Assembly (NCBI GenBank): GCA_019694805.1 | Contig: JAIBBG010000001.1 | Coordinates: 387,412-451,411, forward strand | DNA length: 64,000 nt | Direction: 5' to 3' | Source: Flavobacteriales bacterium | Lineage (GTDB): Bacteria; Bacteroidota; Bacteroidia; Flavobacteriales_D; Sanyastnellaceae | Shown: positions 21,210 to 29,852 of the stretch, one piece after another | Position numbering within the stretch: the first letter of the stretch is position 1 | Layout of the letters: the number at the start of each line of letters is the position of its first letter | The notes under the pieces: model-generated | What the model was told of the DNA's origin: nothing | Seen by the model: the letters and a program-made list of their open reading frames with translations, nothing else | The model's database searches: none | Position numbers and translations under genes: made by a program

Positions 21210-22596
21210 ATCGCTTTTCCTCATCATTGCACTGATCATTTCAGTGCAAGCCGCTTCTCAAAGTTCGGTCAACTCGGCGTATTCGCGTTACGGTATCGGA
21301 CTTCTCCAACCTTCCGGTACTTTCACACACGCTGGAATGGGCGGTGCTTGTACCGCACTCTCCGATGGCATTTCAATCAACTATGCCAATCCTGCAACCT
21401 ATTCATTCCTTGAACTTACCACGTTGCAAATAGGCGCCAGGGGCAGCTTTTCGTCAATGTATACCTCAGACAACTCAACCAAGGTGGCCAACGGACAGGT
21501 TTCAGAGCTGGGATTCGGGTTTAAGAAAGCAGGAAGTAAGTATGGCTTTGCCATGGCGGTTACACCATATTCTGTAGTTGACTATCAATTTCGCTCAGAA
21601 ACAACCCTCAATGATTCAGTTTCGGCATCAACCATCTACCAAGGTTCTGGCGGTCTAAACAGGGCGCTTATTGGGATCTCTCGATCATTTCGTCTGAGCA
21701 AAACACCAGAGAAAAAAAATCAAACCAGCACGGCCAATTCGGATTCTGTTTCAACAGCTCTGCATCAACTTGCTGTTGGTTTCAATTTCAATTGCCTCTT
21801 TGGAAATATCAACCGAACCAATACGGTCTTTTTAGACTACAACCAATATTTCGCTACGCACGATTATAACAATCTTCATACTCGTGGCTTTTTTGTAGAA
21901 GGCGGATTGCTTTACAAGTTTAACTTCGGAACTCAGATTGAGGAAAAGAAGAGAATCAATAAAAGTTCTTCACTCACCCTTGGATTGAATTACTCCATGG
22001 ATTGTAGCCTTTTGGCAACTTATGATAAACTGATCACATTGAATGACACCATCAGCAACCGATTGTTTATCGATACCTCCTATCAAATTTCAGGAGAAAG
22101 GGGTAGATTGAGAATTCCACAGAAAATTTCTGCCGGTATTACTTGGAAACACTACAATAAGAAAGCGGGTACTTTCATCGTCTCCGCAGATGTGAAATTG
22201 CAGGATTGGAGTCAATATGAATTGGCTCTTCCAACTGACTTCAACTTGGATGATGGATTAAAAAGCTCTACACAGCTTTCGCTGGGCATGGAATACAGAC
22301 CACTTCTTGATCTGAATTCTGATTTGTTGCATCGCATGCATTACAGACTTGGAGTAAGGCAATATAACTCTTCTCTGATTTTATCTGATCATCAAATCAT
22401 TCAGCAGGGCGTTACTGCGGGGTTGAGCATTCCAGTGATCAAGTCAACAAGTAAATTTCATTTGGCCGCTGAATACGGTGTGATGGGAACGACTGATGCT
22501 GGATTGGTTCAGGAAAAATACCTGAATTTTTCAGTCGGATTTACCCTAACACCATCCATATTCGACAAGTGGTTCAGACAAATCAAATATGATTAA
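21181..22596 (+). CDS. putative outer-membrane beta-barrel protein (conserved Bacteroidota family, function unknown)
   Basis: Signal peptide MKYSCSTKHKSLFLIIALIISVQAASQ, an N-terminal NSAYSRYGIGLL motif, and an alternating beta-strand pattern. It overlaps coaX by 29 nt and lptC by 8 nt. Confidence 0.6.
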   Translation: MKYSCSTKHKSLFLIIALIISVQAASQSSVNSAYSRYGIGLLQPSGTFTHAGMGGACTALSDGISINYANPATYSFLELTTLQIGARGSFSSMYTSDNSTKVANGQVSELGFGFKKAGSKYGFAMAVTPYSVVDYQFRSETTLNDSVSASTIYQGSGGLNRALIGISRSFRLSKTPEKKNQTSTANSDSVSTALHQLAVGFNFNCLFGNINRTNTVFLDYNQYFATHDYNNLHTRGFFVEGGLLYKFNFGTQIEEKKRINKSSSLTLGLNYSMDCSLLATYDKLITLNDTISNRLFIDTSYQISGERGRLRIPQKISAGITWKHYNKKAGTFIVSADVKLQDWSQYELALPTDFNLDDGLKSSTQLSLGMEYRPLLDLNSDLLHRMHYRLGVRQYNSSLILSDHQIIQQGVTAGLSIPVIKSTSKFHLAAEYGVMGTTDAGLVQEKYLNFSVGFTLTPSIFDKWFRQIKYD

Positions 22597-23191
22597 TGCG
22601 CTGACCAAAAAATTCTTGTTTACAACATCAATCTCCTTGATGACGGTACTTTTTTTGAACTCTTGTCAAAATGAAATTTCGGAAATCCGCGCTATTACAG
22701 ATGTGAACCTCAAACCCGTTCAAACCAGCTATAAAGCAGAATATGTTTTCACTGAAAGAGGTAAGATCACCAATAAACTGATAGCTGCACAAATTGATCA
22801 ATATGATGGTGAAACTGACTTCATCGAGGCTACTGGGGGTTTCACCATGATCTTTTTTGACTCACTGGAACAAGAAGAAGCTCGACTTTCTGCAAATACC
22901 GGCAGATATACAGAAAGTGAAAAAAAACTCGTCGCCAGAGATCAGGTATTGCTCACCAATGCAAAAGGTGAAAAACTCGAAACAAGCGAGCTAACTTTTC
23001 TTCAAGACAGCGCACGAATATTCACTGATAAATCCGTTGTCATCACTTTATCCAATGGAAGTATGATCAGAGGAAAAGGGCTTGAAAGCAATGATGCTTT
23101 TACCAAATACCGAATCATACAGCCTACAGGCGATCTTTATTTTGACGAAAAAACCGACAGTTCCCATGTACAAAGCAAGCCGATTCGCTGA
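22589..23191 (+). CDS. lptC: LptC-like LPS export periplasmic protein
   Basis: 200 aa with an N-terminal anchor (LFTTSISLMTVLFLNSCQ) and an OstA/LptC-like beta-rich body. The call rests on size and on its position in the coaX...ppiD envelope cluster. Confidence 0.5.
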   Translation: MINALTKKFLFTTSISLMTVLFLNSCQNEISEIRAITDVNLKPVQTSYKAEYVFTERGKITNKLIAAQIDQYDGETDFIEATGGFTMIFFDSLEQEEARLSANTGRYTESEKKLVARDQVLLTNAKGEKLETSELTFLQDSARIFTDKSVVITLSNGSMIRGKGLESNDAFTKYRIIQPTGDLYFDEKTDSSHVQSKPIR

Positions 23192-23381
23192 ACAATTTTG
23201 GCTCATCTTCACCATCGCGTCATTTATCTATGCATGTTATGTAGTATTGTTCATCTCCGGTTGGGCGAAGGGTTATGTATACTTCTTTTTTCCTGCTGTC
23301 GCCTTTTTTTGGTGGTTGGTAAGAAGATCACTCAGAAAACGAATGGACAAAAACATGAATTCCGGAAATCAGCAACGGTAG
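23165..23381 (+). CDS. small two-TM membrane protein (72 aa), hypothetical
   Basis: MYKASRFAEQFWLIFTIASFIYACYVVLFISGWAKGYVYFFFPAVAFFWWLVRRSLRKR has two clear hydrophobic helices and a basic tail. It fills the lptC to CNNM gap. Confidence 0.4.
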
Positions 23382-23457
23382 GCCATTTCACCGCCACAAC
23401 CATCATTTTTGTTTTCACTAATTTCGCCGCGCCGATCTTGACACAAAAACGGCATCC

Positions 23458-24738
23458 ATGGACTCGTACTGGCCACTGATTATTTTCCTCTCTCTTATTT
23501 CCTCAGCATTCTCCAGCGGAATGGAGATTGCCTTTATTACGGCCAATAAGCTCAAGATCGAACTGGACAAAAAGCAAGGCGTTTTTGCATCAGGTATCAT
23601 TGGACATTTCACAAGGCATCCAAAAATGTTCATTGCGACAATGCTCGTTGGAAACAACATCGCGCTGGTGGTATATGGTTTATACATGGGAGAAGTCATC
23701 GAAAGTAGTCTTGCCCATACCTTCCCGACTCTGGAACCCGCGATTGGAAATTTTGGAGTGGTTTTCATCCAAACCATCATTTCCACAATCATTGTTTTGG
23801 TTTTTGCTGAATTCATACCAAAAGCACTTTTCAGTATCAATCCTAACCGATGGCTGAATGTGTTTGCTATTCCCACTGCCATCTGGTACGTCGCCCTATA
23901 CATTTTTGCCTGGATCGTTACAGGTATCTCCGACTTTATCCTGCGCTTTTTCTTCCGTAAGGAAGTCAAGCCCGAAGAGGTTGAATTCGGACGAATTGAC
24001 TTGGATAATTATCTGGAACAAGCCACAGGGAATATTGATCACTCCAAAGACATCGATCATGAAATTCAGATCTTTCAGAATGCCCTTGATTTTTCTAATG
24101 TAAAAGCCAGGGATTGCCTCATTCCGAGAAATGAAATCGTCGCAATCGAAATCACAGATTCCATTGAAAATTTGAAAAATCTGTTCATTTCAACCAGGCT
24201 GTCAAAAATCTTAGTCTTCAGAGAAAACATTGACCACATCATTGGCTACGTGCACTCCTTTGAACTGTTCAAGAAACCACAACAGATTCAACACATCCTT
24301 CGTCCTGTATCGATTATCCCGGAACCGATGCCGGCCAACGAAATTCTTGAGTTATTCATTCGCGAAAAAAAGAGTGTTTCTGTAGTTGTCGATGAATTTG
24401 GCGGTACTGCTGGTATCATTACCATGGAAGATATTGTGGAAGAAATTTTCGGAGAAATCGAAGACGAACACGACAAGGAAGAAACCTCTGAAAAAGTAAT
24501 CGGTAACGGGGTATTCGAATTTTCCGCAAGACTGGAAATTGATTACCTCAATGAGAAATACAATCTCGGTCTTCCAGTGAATGACGAGCAATACGATACC
24601 CTTGGCGGTTTGATTTTATTTCTTTATGGCGATATCCCTGAAGAAAATGAAATCATTACCTATCAACAATTCGTCCTTACGCCTTTGCAGGTTGGCGAGA
24701 CCCGAATTGAACTCGTCCGGATCGAAATCAAGGACTAA
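23458..24738 (+). CDS. CNNM/HlyC-CorC family transporter (DUF21 + CBS pair + CorC_HlyC), GldE-like
   Basis: A 4-TM DUF21 N-terminus, CBS-pair region, and C-terminal DEFGGTAGIITMEDIVEEIFGEIEDEHD motif. Confidence 0.85.
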   Translation: MDSYWPLIIFLSLISSAFSSGMEIAFITANKLKIELDKKQGVFASGIIGHFTRHPKMFIATMLVGNNIALVVYGLYMGEVIESSLAHTFPTLEPAIGNFGVVFIQTIISTIIVLVFAEFIPKALFSINPNRWLNVFAIPTAIWYVALYIFAWIVTGISDFILRFFFRKEVKPEEVEFGRIDLDNYLEQATGNIDHSKDIDHEIQIFQNALDFSNVKARDCLIPRNEIVAIEITDSIENLKNLFISTRLSKILVFRENIDHIIGYVHSFELFKKPQQIQHILRPVSIIPEPMPANEILELFIREKKSVSVVVDEFGGTAGIITMEDIVEEIFGEIEDEHDKEETSEKVIGNGVFEFSARLEIDYLNEKYNLGLPVNDEQYDTLGGLILFLYGDIPEENEIITYQQFVLTPLQVGETRIELVRIEIKD

Positions 24739-24876
24739 TCCATCCAATAATGTATTGAAAACCAGTCAAAATGACTGTCATGTGATTGTTGCTCAATTTA
24801 TTACCACTGGAACGCTGAACTATGCCTGTAATTTACGATATTCGCAGCCCGAAATTTTAAGCTTATACACTGAATT

Positions 24877-26916
24877 ATGGCAATGATTGAAAAAATCAGA
24901 AGACAGAGTTGGCTTCTTCTGACAATGGTAGGAATTGGTTTATTGTCTTTCCTCGTTCCTTATGACGCGGTAATGTCCATGTTTGGCGGTGGTAACAATA
25001 CCATCGGTGAAATTGACGGCCACAGCATTAGCGCGCAGGAATGGCAAAAAGCCCTGCAGGATCGCGAACCGCTTTTCCAATATCAGGGAAATCAAACCAA
25101 CCTTTCAAATGATACCTGGAATCAGCTCACGGAAAACTTCATGTACAATGATGAGTTTGAAGCTGCAGGTCTTCAGGTAACCAATGAAGAGTACGATGAA
25201 ATCCTCTTCGGTGAAATGCTTTCTCCATACGTACTTCAGACCATCTATGGTGGTCAGGATTCTGCTTCTTTCAAAGAACAAGTGAGAAAATCATTCGATT
25301 CAATGGATCCGGGTCAGGCTGCAAGCTGGAAGAAACTTATTTCTACCAAACGTCAAAAAGAAAAGTATGACGCCATGCTCAAGAAAGGCCTCTATGCCAA
25401 TAGCATCGACGCCAAGTGGGCATTCAAAGAAATGTCGGACAAAGTTTCTGTTGACTATGTTGTAAAAACATTCGCTGAAATTCCAGACAGTACAATCTCT
25501 TGGTCTGAAAGTGATATCCGTGCTTATTATAACAAGCATAAGAATGACCGTGAATACAAACAGGAAACAAGCCGCACAGTTGAGTATATTAATTTTCCTG
25601 TAAAGCCATCTTCATTGGATAGCGCTCAAATTCTGGCAGCCATTGGAACTTTAAAACAAGACTTCCTTACTGCATCAAATGACTCTTCATTCGCAGTAGC
25701 CAATTCTGCGGTGCCTTCATCTGCTTATGCAAACTACATCGATGGTTCTATCCCTGACTACGAAAATCAAATCAAGACAGATTCAGTAGGTCGTGTCATT
25801 GGCCCTGTCCTCGTTGGTAATGCATACAAACTGATCAAAATATCTAAAAGAGGTTTGGACAATCAGGTTGAAGCACGCCACATTCTTCGCAAAGACAAAG
25901 TGAATGGCAAAGCCATGCTCGATTCTTTGAAAACTGTGATCGCGAAGAATAAAAACTTCGAAGAAATGGCCAAACAGTACAGCGAAGACCCAGGAAGCGG
26001 AGCTAATGGCGGAGGACTCGGCAAATTCGGCCGTGGCGCTATGGTGAAGCCATTCGAAGATGCTTGCTTTAACGGAGCAGTCGGTTCACTTCAAATTGTG
26101 GAAAGTGATTTCGGATGGCACCTTATCGAAGTTACTGGTAAAAACTTCCCTTACACCAAAGTGGCAGAAATCCAGAAAGTGGTTGAACCAAGTCCGGCTA
26201 CTATCAAGTCAGCTTATGCCATGGCCAAAGAATTCACCATCAACTATGCTGACACCGCTGCTTTCAGAAACGCTGCTGATACCTTGAATGGTGGAACCCG
26301 CGTTACGGTTGCTAAAAACATCAAACCAAATGCTACAAGCGTATCTGGACTTCCAGAAGCTTCTGAGTTGGTTTCTTGGGCCTATAGCGCTGAAGTTGGC
26401 GAAGTATCGCAGCCGATGATGGCAGAAAATCAGTACATCATCGCTGCACTCACCGAGATCCGCGAGAAAGGCGTTCCATCTCTGGAAAACGTTTATGATA
26501 AGATGAAGGAAGAAGTGATCAAAGAGAAAAAAGCACAGAAACTCGTTGAAGAAATGAAGGGCAATGAATCACTTCAGGACCTTGCAACAAGACTTGGTAC
26601 AACCGTGAAAAAAGGCGATAACATTACTTTCAAGTCAGGAAGTATCCCAGGTTCTGGTGTAAGTGTTGCGGAAAACGTCATCATTGGAGCTTGTATGGGT
26701 CTGAAAACTGGAACAGTTTCCCTTCCTATTGTTGGTAAAGGTGGCGTTTACGTGATTCAGAGAACTGCCGATATTGTTCCAGGCACTTCTGCCGACAATT
26801 ATCTTTCTGATCAGGATCGCACCATTAAGAACTGGCAACAACGCGCCGCTTCAGGAATATTTAGCGCATTCCGCGAGTCAGCCAACATTGAAGACAATCG
26901 TTTCGAAAGACGTTAA
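24877..26916 (+). CDS. periplasmic peptidyl-prolyl isomerase, PpiD/SurA-like (parvulin domain)
   Basis: N-terminal anchor (SWLLLTMVGIGLLSFLV) and a parvulin core: ARHIL...GGGLGKFGRGAMVKPFEDACF...SDFGWHLIEV. Confidence 0.85.
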   Translation: MAMIEKIRRQSWLLLTMVGIGLLSFLVPYDAVMSMFGGGNNTIGEIDGHSISAQEWQKALQDREPLFQYQGNQTNLSNDTWNQLTENFMYNDEFEAAGLQVTNEEYDEILFGEMLSPYVLQTIYGGQDSASFKEQVRKSFDSMDPGQAASWKKLISTKRQKEKYDAMLKKGLYANSIDAKWAFKEMSDKVSVDYVVKTFAEIPDSTISWSESDIRAYYNKHKNDREYKQETSRTVEYINFPVKPSSLDSAQILAAIGTLKQDFLTASNDSSFAVANSAVPSSAYANYIDGSIPDYENQIKTDSVGRVIGPVLVGNAYKLIKISKRGLDNQVEARHILRKDKVNGKAMLDSLKTVIAKNKNFEEMAKQYSEDPGSGANGGGLGKFGRGAMVKPFEDACFNGAVGSLQIVESDFGWHLIEVTGKNFPYTKVAEIQKVVEPSPATIKSAYAMAKEFTINYADTAAFRNAADTLNGGTRVTVAKNIKPNATSVSGLPEASELVSWAYSAEVGEVSQPMMAENQYIIAALTEIREKGVPSLENVYDKMKEEVIKEKKAQKLVEEMKGNESLQDLATRLGTTVKKGDNITFKSGSIPGSGVSVAENVIIGACMGLKTGTVSLPIVGKGGVYVIQRTADIVPGTSADNYLSDQDRTIKNWQQRAASGIFSAFRESANIEDNRFERR

Positions 26917-26936
26917 TAATTCAATCATCAAAATAT

Positions 26937-26966
26937 AAAAGGGCTGCGAATTGCAGCCCTTTTTAT
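26937..26966 (+). terminator. terminator after the ppiD-like gene
   Basis: GGGCTGC-GAATT-GCAGCCC followed by TTTTT. Confidence 0.75.
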
Positions 26967-26991
26967 TTCTTTCCAACCTTAATTTCGCACC

Positions 26992-28701
26992 ATGATTCAG
27001 AATCTGTCACCTGAAGAAATTGTAAGAAGGGAGTCTCTTGATAAACTCCGCCAAAAAGGTATTGATCCTTTTCCTGCTCCAGAATTTCCAGTAAATACCA
27101 CTGCACAGGAAATCCTTAGCCATTACGTGGAAGGAAAAGAAGTAACCATCGCGGGAAGAATGCTCAATATCCGAGATATGGGTAAAGCTTCTTTTGCTCA
27201 CGTTCAAGATGCTACTGGAAAAATTCAGGTTTACATCAATATTGATTCAATCTGTCCAGGTGAAGACAAATCGTTTTATAAGGAAGTCGTAAAACACCTC
27301 CTACACTTCGGCGACTTCGTTGGAGTAACAGGAAAACTATTCACAACGAAAATGGGTGAGATTTCCGTACATGCGGATTCACTCACCTTGTTGGCAAAAT
27401 CCATCAAGCCGCTTCCAGTAGTGAAGACTGATAAGGATGGTCAGGTACATGATGCCTTCACCGATCCCGAATTGCGTTATCGTATGAGATATGTCGATCT
27501 GGTGGTAAATGAAAAAGTCCGTGAGACTTTTATCCTCAGAACGAAAATCGTGAATGCCATGCGTGAATTTTTCAATAGTCATGGCTATCTCGAAGTAGAT
27601 ACACCTGTTCTTCAGGCCATTCCTGGTGGTGCAACTGCACGTCCGTTCATCACCCATCACAATGCCCTTGATGTTCCCATGTACCTGCGTATCGCAAACG
27701 AACTTTATCTCAAAAGGCTGATTGTTGGCGGCTTCGAAGGGGTATATGAATTCAGTCGCAACTTCCGCAATGAGGGTATGGACAGAACCCATAATCCTGA
27801 ATTCACTGTGATGGAGATATATGTTGCCTACAAGGATTATCTGTGGATGATGGACTTCACCGAAAAAATGCTTCGTAGTGTATGCTCTAACGCTCTTGGT
27901 ACTCAATCTGTGATATTCGGTGATAAAATCATCGACTTCGGTAAGCCATTTGAGCGAATCTCCATGACTGATGCGATCATCAAATACACAGGCTTCGACA
28001 TCACGGGAAAAACCGAAGAGGAATTGGCTGTGTTTTGTAAGAGCTTTGGTATCGAAGTAAATGATACCATGGGTAAAGGAAAATTGATTGACGAAATTTT
28101 CGGTGCTAAATGTGAAGGAAATTTCATACAACCCACTTTTATCACAGATTATCCTGTGGAGATGTCACCATTGTGCAAACGACATCGTTCGAATCCAGAA
28201 CTCACAGAACGATTCGAACTCATGATCAATGGAAAAGAAGTCGCAAATGCATATAGCGAACTCAACGACCCAATCGATCAACGCAACAGATTTGAAGAAC
28301 AGCTCAAATTACAACAGAGAGGCGATGATGAAGCGATGTTTATTGATCAGGATTTTCTCCGTGCACTTGAATATGGTATGCCTCCAACTTCCGGAATGGG
28401 CATCGGGGTTGATAGATTGGTGATGTTCTTGACGAATAATGAAACCATTCAGGAAGTGCTCTTCTTCCCTCAAATGCGCCCGGAAAAGTTTGAAACCGGC
28501 CCTGATCCTCAAGATTTCATCGCCATTGGAATTCCTGAAGTGTGGGCCGAACATGTCATCCGCGCTGGATACGACAGTATAGAAAAACTGAAAGGAGCAA
28601 AACCTACGGCCATCCACCAAACACTCAACGGATACCGAAAGAAAAACAAGCTTGAAATCCCTGCCGTGCAACTGGAAGATGTGCAGGTTTGGGTTGGCTG
28701 A
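26992..28701 (+). CDS. lysS: lysine--tRNA ligase (class II) with a ~70-aa C-terminal extension
   Basis: An OB anticodon-binding domain followed by class II motifs (FRNEGMDRTHNPEF, GMGIGVDRLVM), 569 aa. Confidence 0.93.
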   Translation: MIQNLSPEEIVRRESLDKLRQKGIDPFPAPEFPVNTTAQEILSHYVEGKEVTIAGRMLNIRDMGKASFAHVQDATGKIQVYINIDSICPGEDKSFYKEVVKHLLHFGDFVGVTGKLFTTKMGEISVHADSLTLLAKSIKPLPVVKTDKDGQVHDAFTDPELRYRMRYVDLVVNEKVRETFILRTKIVNAMREFFNSHGYLEVDTPVLQAIPGGATARPFITHHNALDVPMYLRIANELYLKRLIVGGFEGVYEFSRNFRNEGMDRTHNPEFTVMEIYVAYKDYLWMMDFTEKMLRSVCSNALGTQSVIFGDKIIDFGKPFERISMTDAIIKYTGFDITGKTEEELAVFCKSFGIEVNDTMGKGKLIDEIFGAKCEGNFIQPTFITDYPVEMSPLCKRHRSNPELTERFELMINGKEVANAYSELNDPIDQRNRFEEQLKLQQRGDDEAMFIDQDFLRALEYGMPPTSGMGIGVDRLVMFLTNNETIQEVLFFPQMRPEKFETGPDPQDFIAIGIPEVWAEHVIRAGYDSIEKLKGAKPTAIHQTLNGYRKKNKLEIPAVQLEDVQVWVG

Positions 28702-28808
28702 TATTGTTCACATTACTTTACACCTATTCGTGTATAAATGACATCCTGTCCTCTCAGGACATGATCTTTGCTTTGAGATCTTTGAACCCGAATTAATTCT
28801 TAAACGCC

Positions 28809-29801
28809 ATGAAAAAAATACTCACGCTTTTTGCCGCAGCATCACTACTGATCTTTCAAGCTTGCGTACCCCAGCGAAAATATGCTGAAATGCAAACCAG
28901 CAAAGAAGCAGCTGAACAGGAGAACGACGAATTGCGCAAAGCCAAAGAGCAATTGGAAGCCCAGAATAAGGAATTAACCGCTACCAAAGAAACGCAGGCA
29001 AAATCTATTGCAGAGTTAAGTGCTGATACGGCCGACCTCGGTAAAGAATACCGACAGCTTAGGATGCAGTATGACAAAATCAATGAGCTTAATGATATCC
29101 TTTCCAAAAAAAGCAATGAGCTGCTCAGTCAGGCCACCGGAGAAAATAAAAAGCTGGTAGATGAACTGAATAAAACACAAGAAGCATTGCAGAAAAAAGA
29201 AGATATGCTCAAAGGGTTAGAAAAAAACCTCAACGAAAAACAAGCTGCAATCGACCTCGCGAACAAAGAACTCGAAGAAAAACAAAAGCGAGTTGATGAC
29301 ATGGAGAAACTCCTCGCCGAGCAACAAGCAGCCAGTGAAGCCTTGAAAACAAAAGTGCAGAATGCCTTACTCGGATTTAAGGACAAAGGCCTCACAGTTA
29401 CTGAAAAAGATGGAAAAGTGTATGTAAGCATGGAAGCCAAATTGCTTTTTGCGACAGGTTCTACAGCTGTTGATCCAAATGGTAAAAAGGCATTGATTGA
29501 TCTTGCTAAAGCAATTGAAAACGAAGCCGACATGGAAATCATCGTAGAAGGACATACAGACACAGACAAACTTGCTTCAGCATCTTATCCAAAGGACAAC
29601 TGGGATCTAAGCGTTCTCAGAGCGACAGAAGTGGTAAAAATTATGCTTGCCAATTCCACCGTTAAACCTCAAGTGCTCAGCGCTTCCGGTCGTAGTGAAT
29701 TTCATCCTGTAGATAATGCAGATAAATCAAAAAACAGAAGAATCGAAATCATTCTTCAACCTAAACTGGATGAATTGTATAAATTGATAGAAGGAAATTA
29801 A
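28809..29801 (+). CDS. OmpA-family lipoprotein with a long coiled-coil spacer
   Basis: Lipobox LLIFQAC, a ~170-aa heptad-rich K/E/Q region, and an OmpA-like C-terminus (EGHTDTD...NRRIEIIL). Confidence 0.85.
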   Translation: MKKILTLFAAASLLIFQACVPQRKYAEMQTSKEAAEQENDELRKAKEQLEAQNKELTATKETQAKSIAELSADTADLGKEYRQLRMQYDKINELNDILSKKSNELLSQATGENKKLVDELNKTQEALQKKEDMLKGLEKNLNEKQAAIDLANKELEEKQKRVDDMEKLLAEQQAASEALKTKVQNALLGFKDKGLTVTEKDGKVYVSMEAKLLFATGSTAVDPNGKKALIDLAKAIENEADMEIIVEGHTDTDKLASASYPKDNWDLSVLRATEVVKIMLANSTVKPQVLSASGRSEFHPVDNADKSKNRRIEIILQPKLDELYKLIEGN

Positions 29802-29817
29802 TCTGAAATTTAACTTA

Positions 29818-29846
29818 GAAAGGGTCACTGTGTGACCCTTTTTTGT
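29818..29846. terminator. bidirectional terminator between convergent genes
   Basis: GGGTCAC-TGT-GTGACCC followed by TTTTTT, with AGAAA upstream. Confidence 0.75.
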
Positions 29847-29852
29847 TGCAGT

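Noticed and set aside
23418-23969. 183-aa ORF antisense to the CNNM/GldE-like gene, and 23198-23479 (93 aa) in the lptC to CNNM gap
   Set aside because: The antisense ORF has no support. In the gap I prefer the alternative frame (23165-23381), which encodes two clean TM helices.
27379-28131. 250-aa ORF antisense to lysS
   Set aside because: It is embedded opposite a universally conserved gene and has no motifs.
28741-28775. Weak hairpin (TGTCCT-CTC-AGGACA) after lysS as a terminator
   Set aside because: It has only a 6-bp stem with an interrupted T-tract, which is too weak to call from sequence alone.
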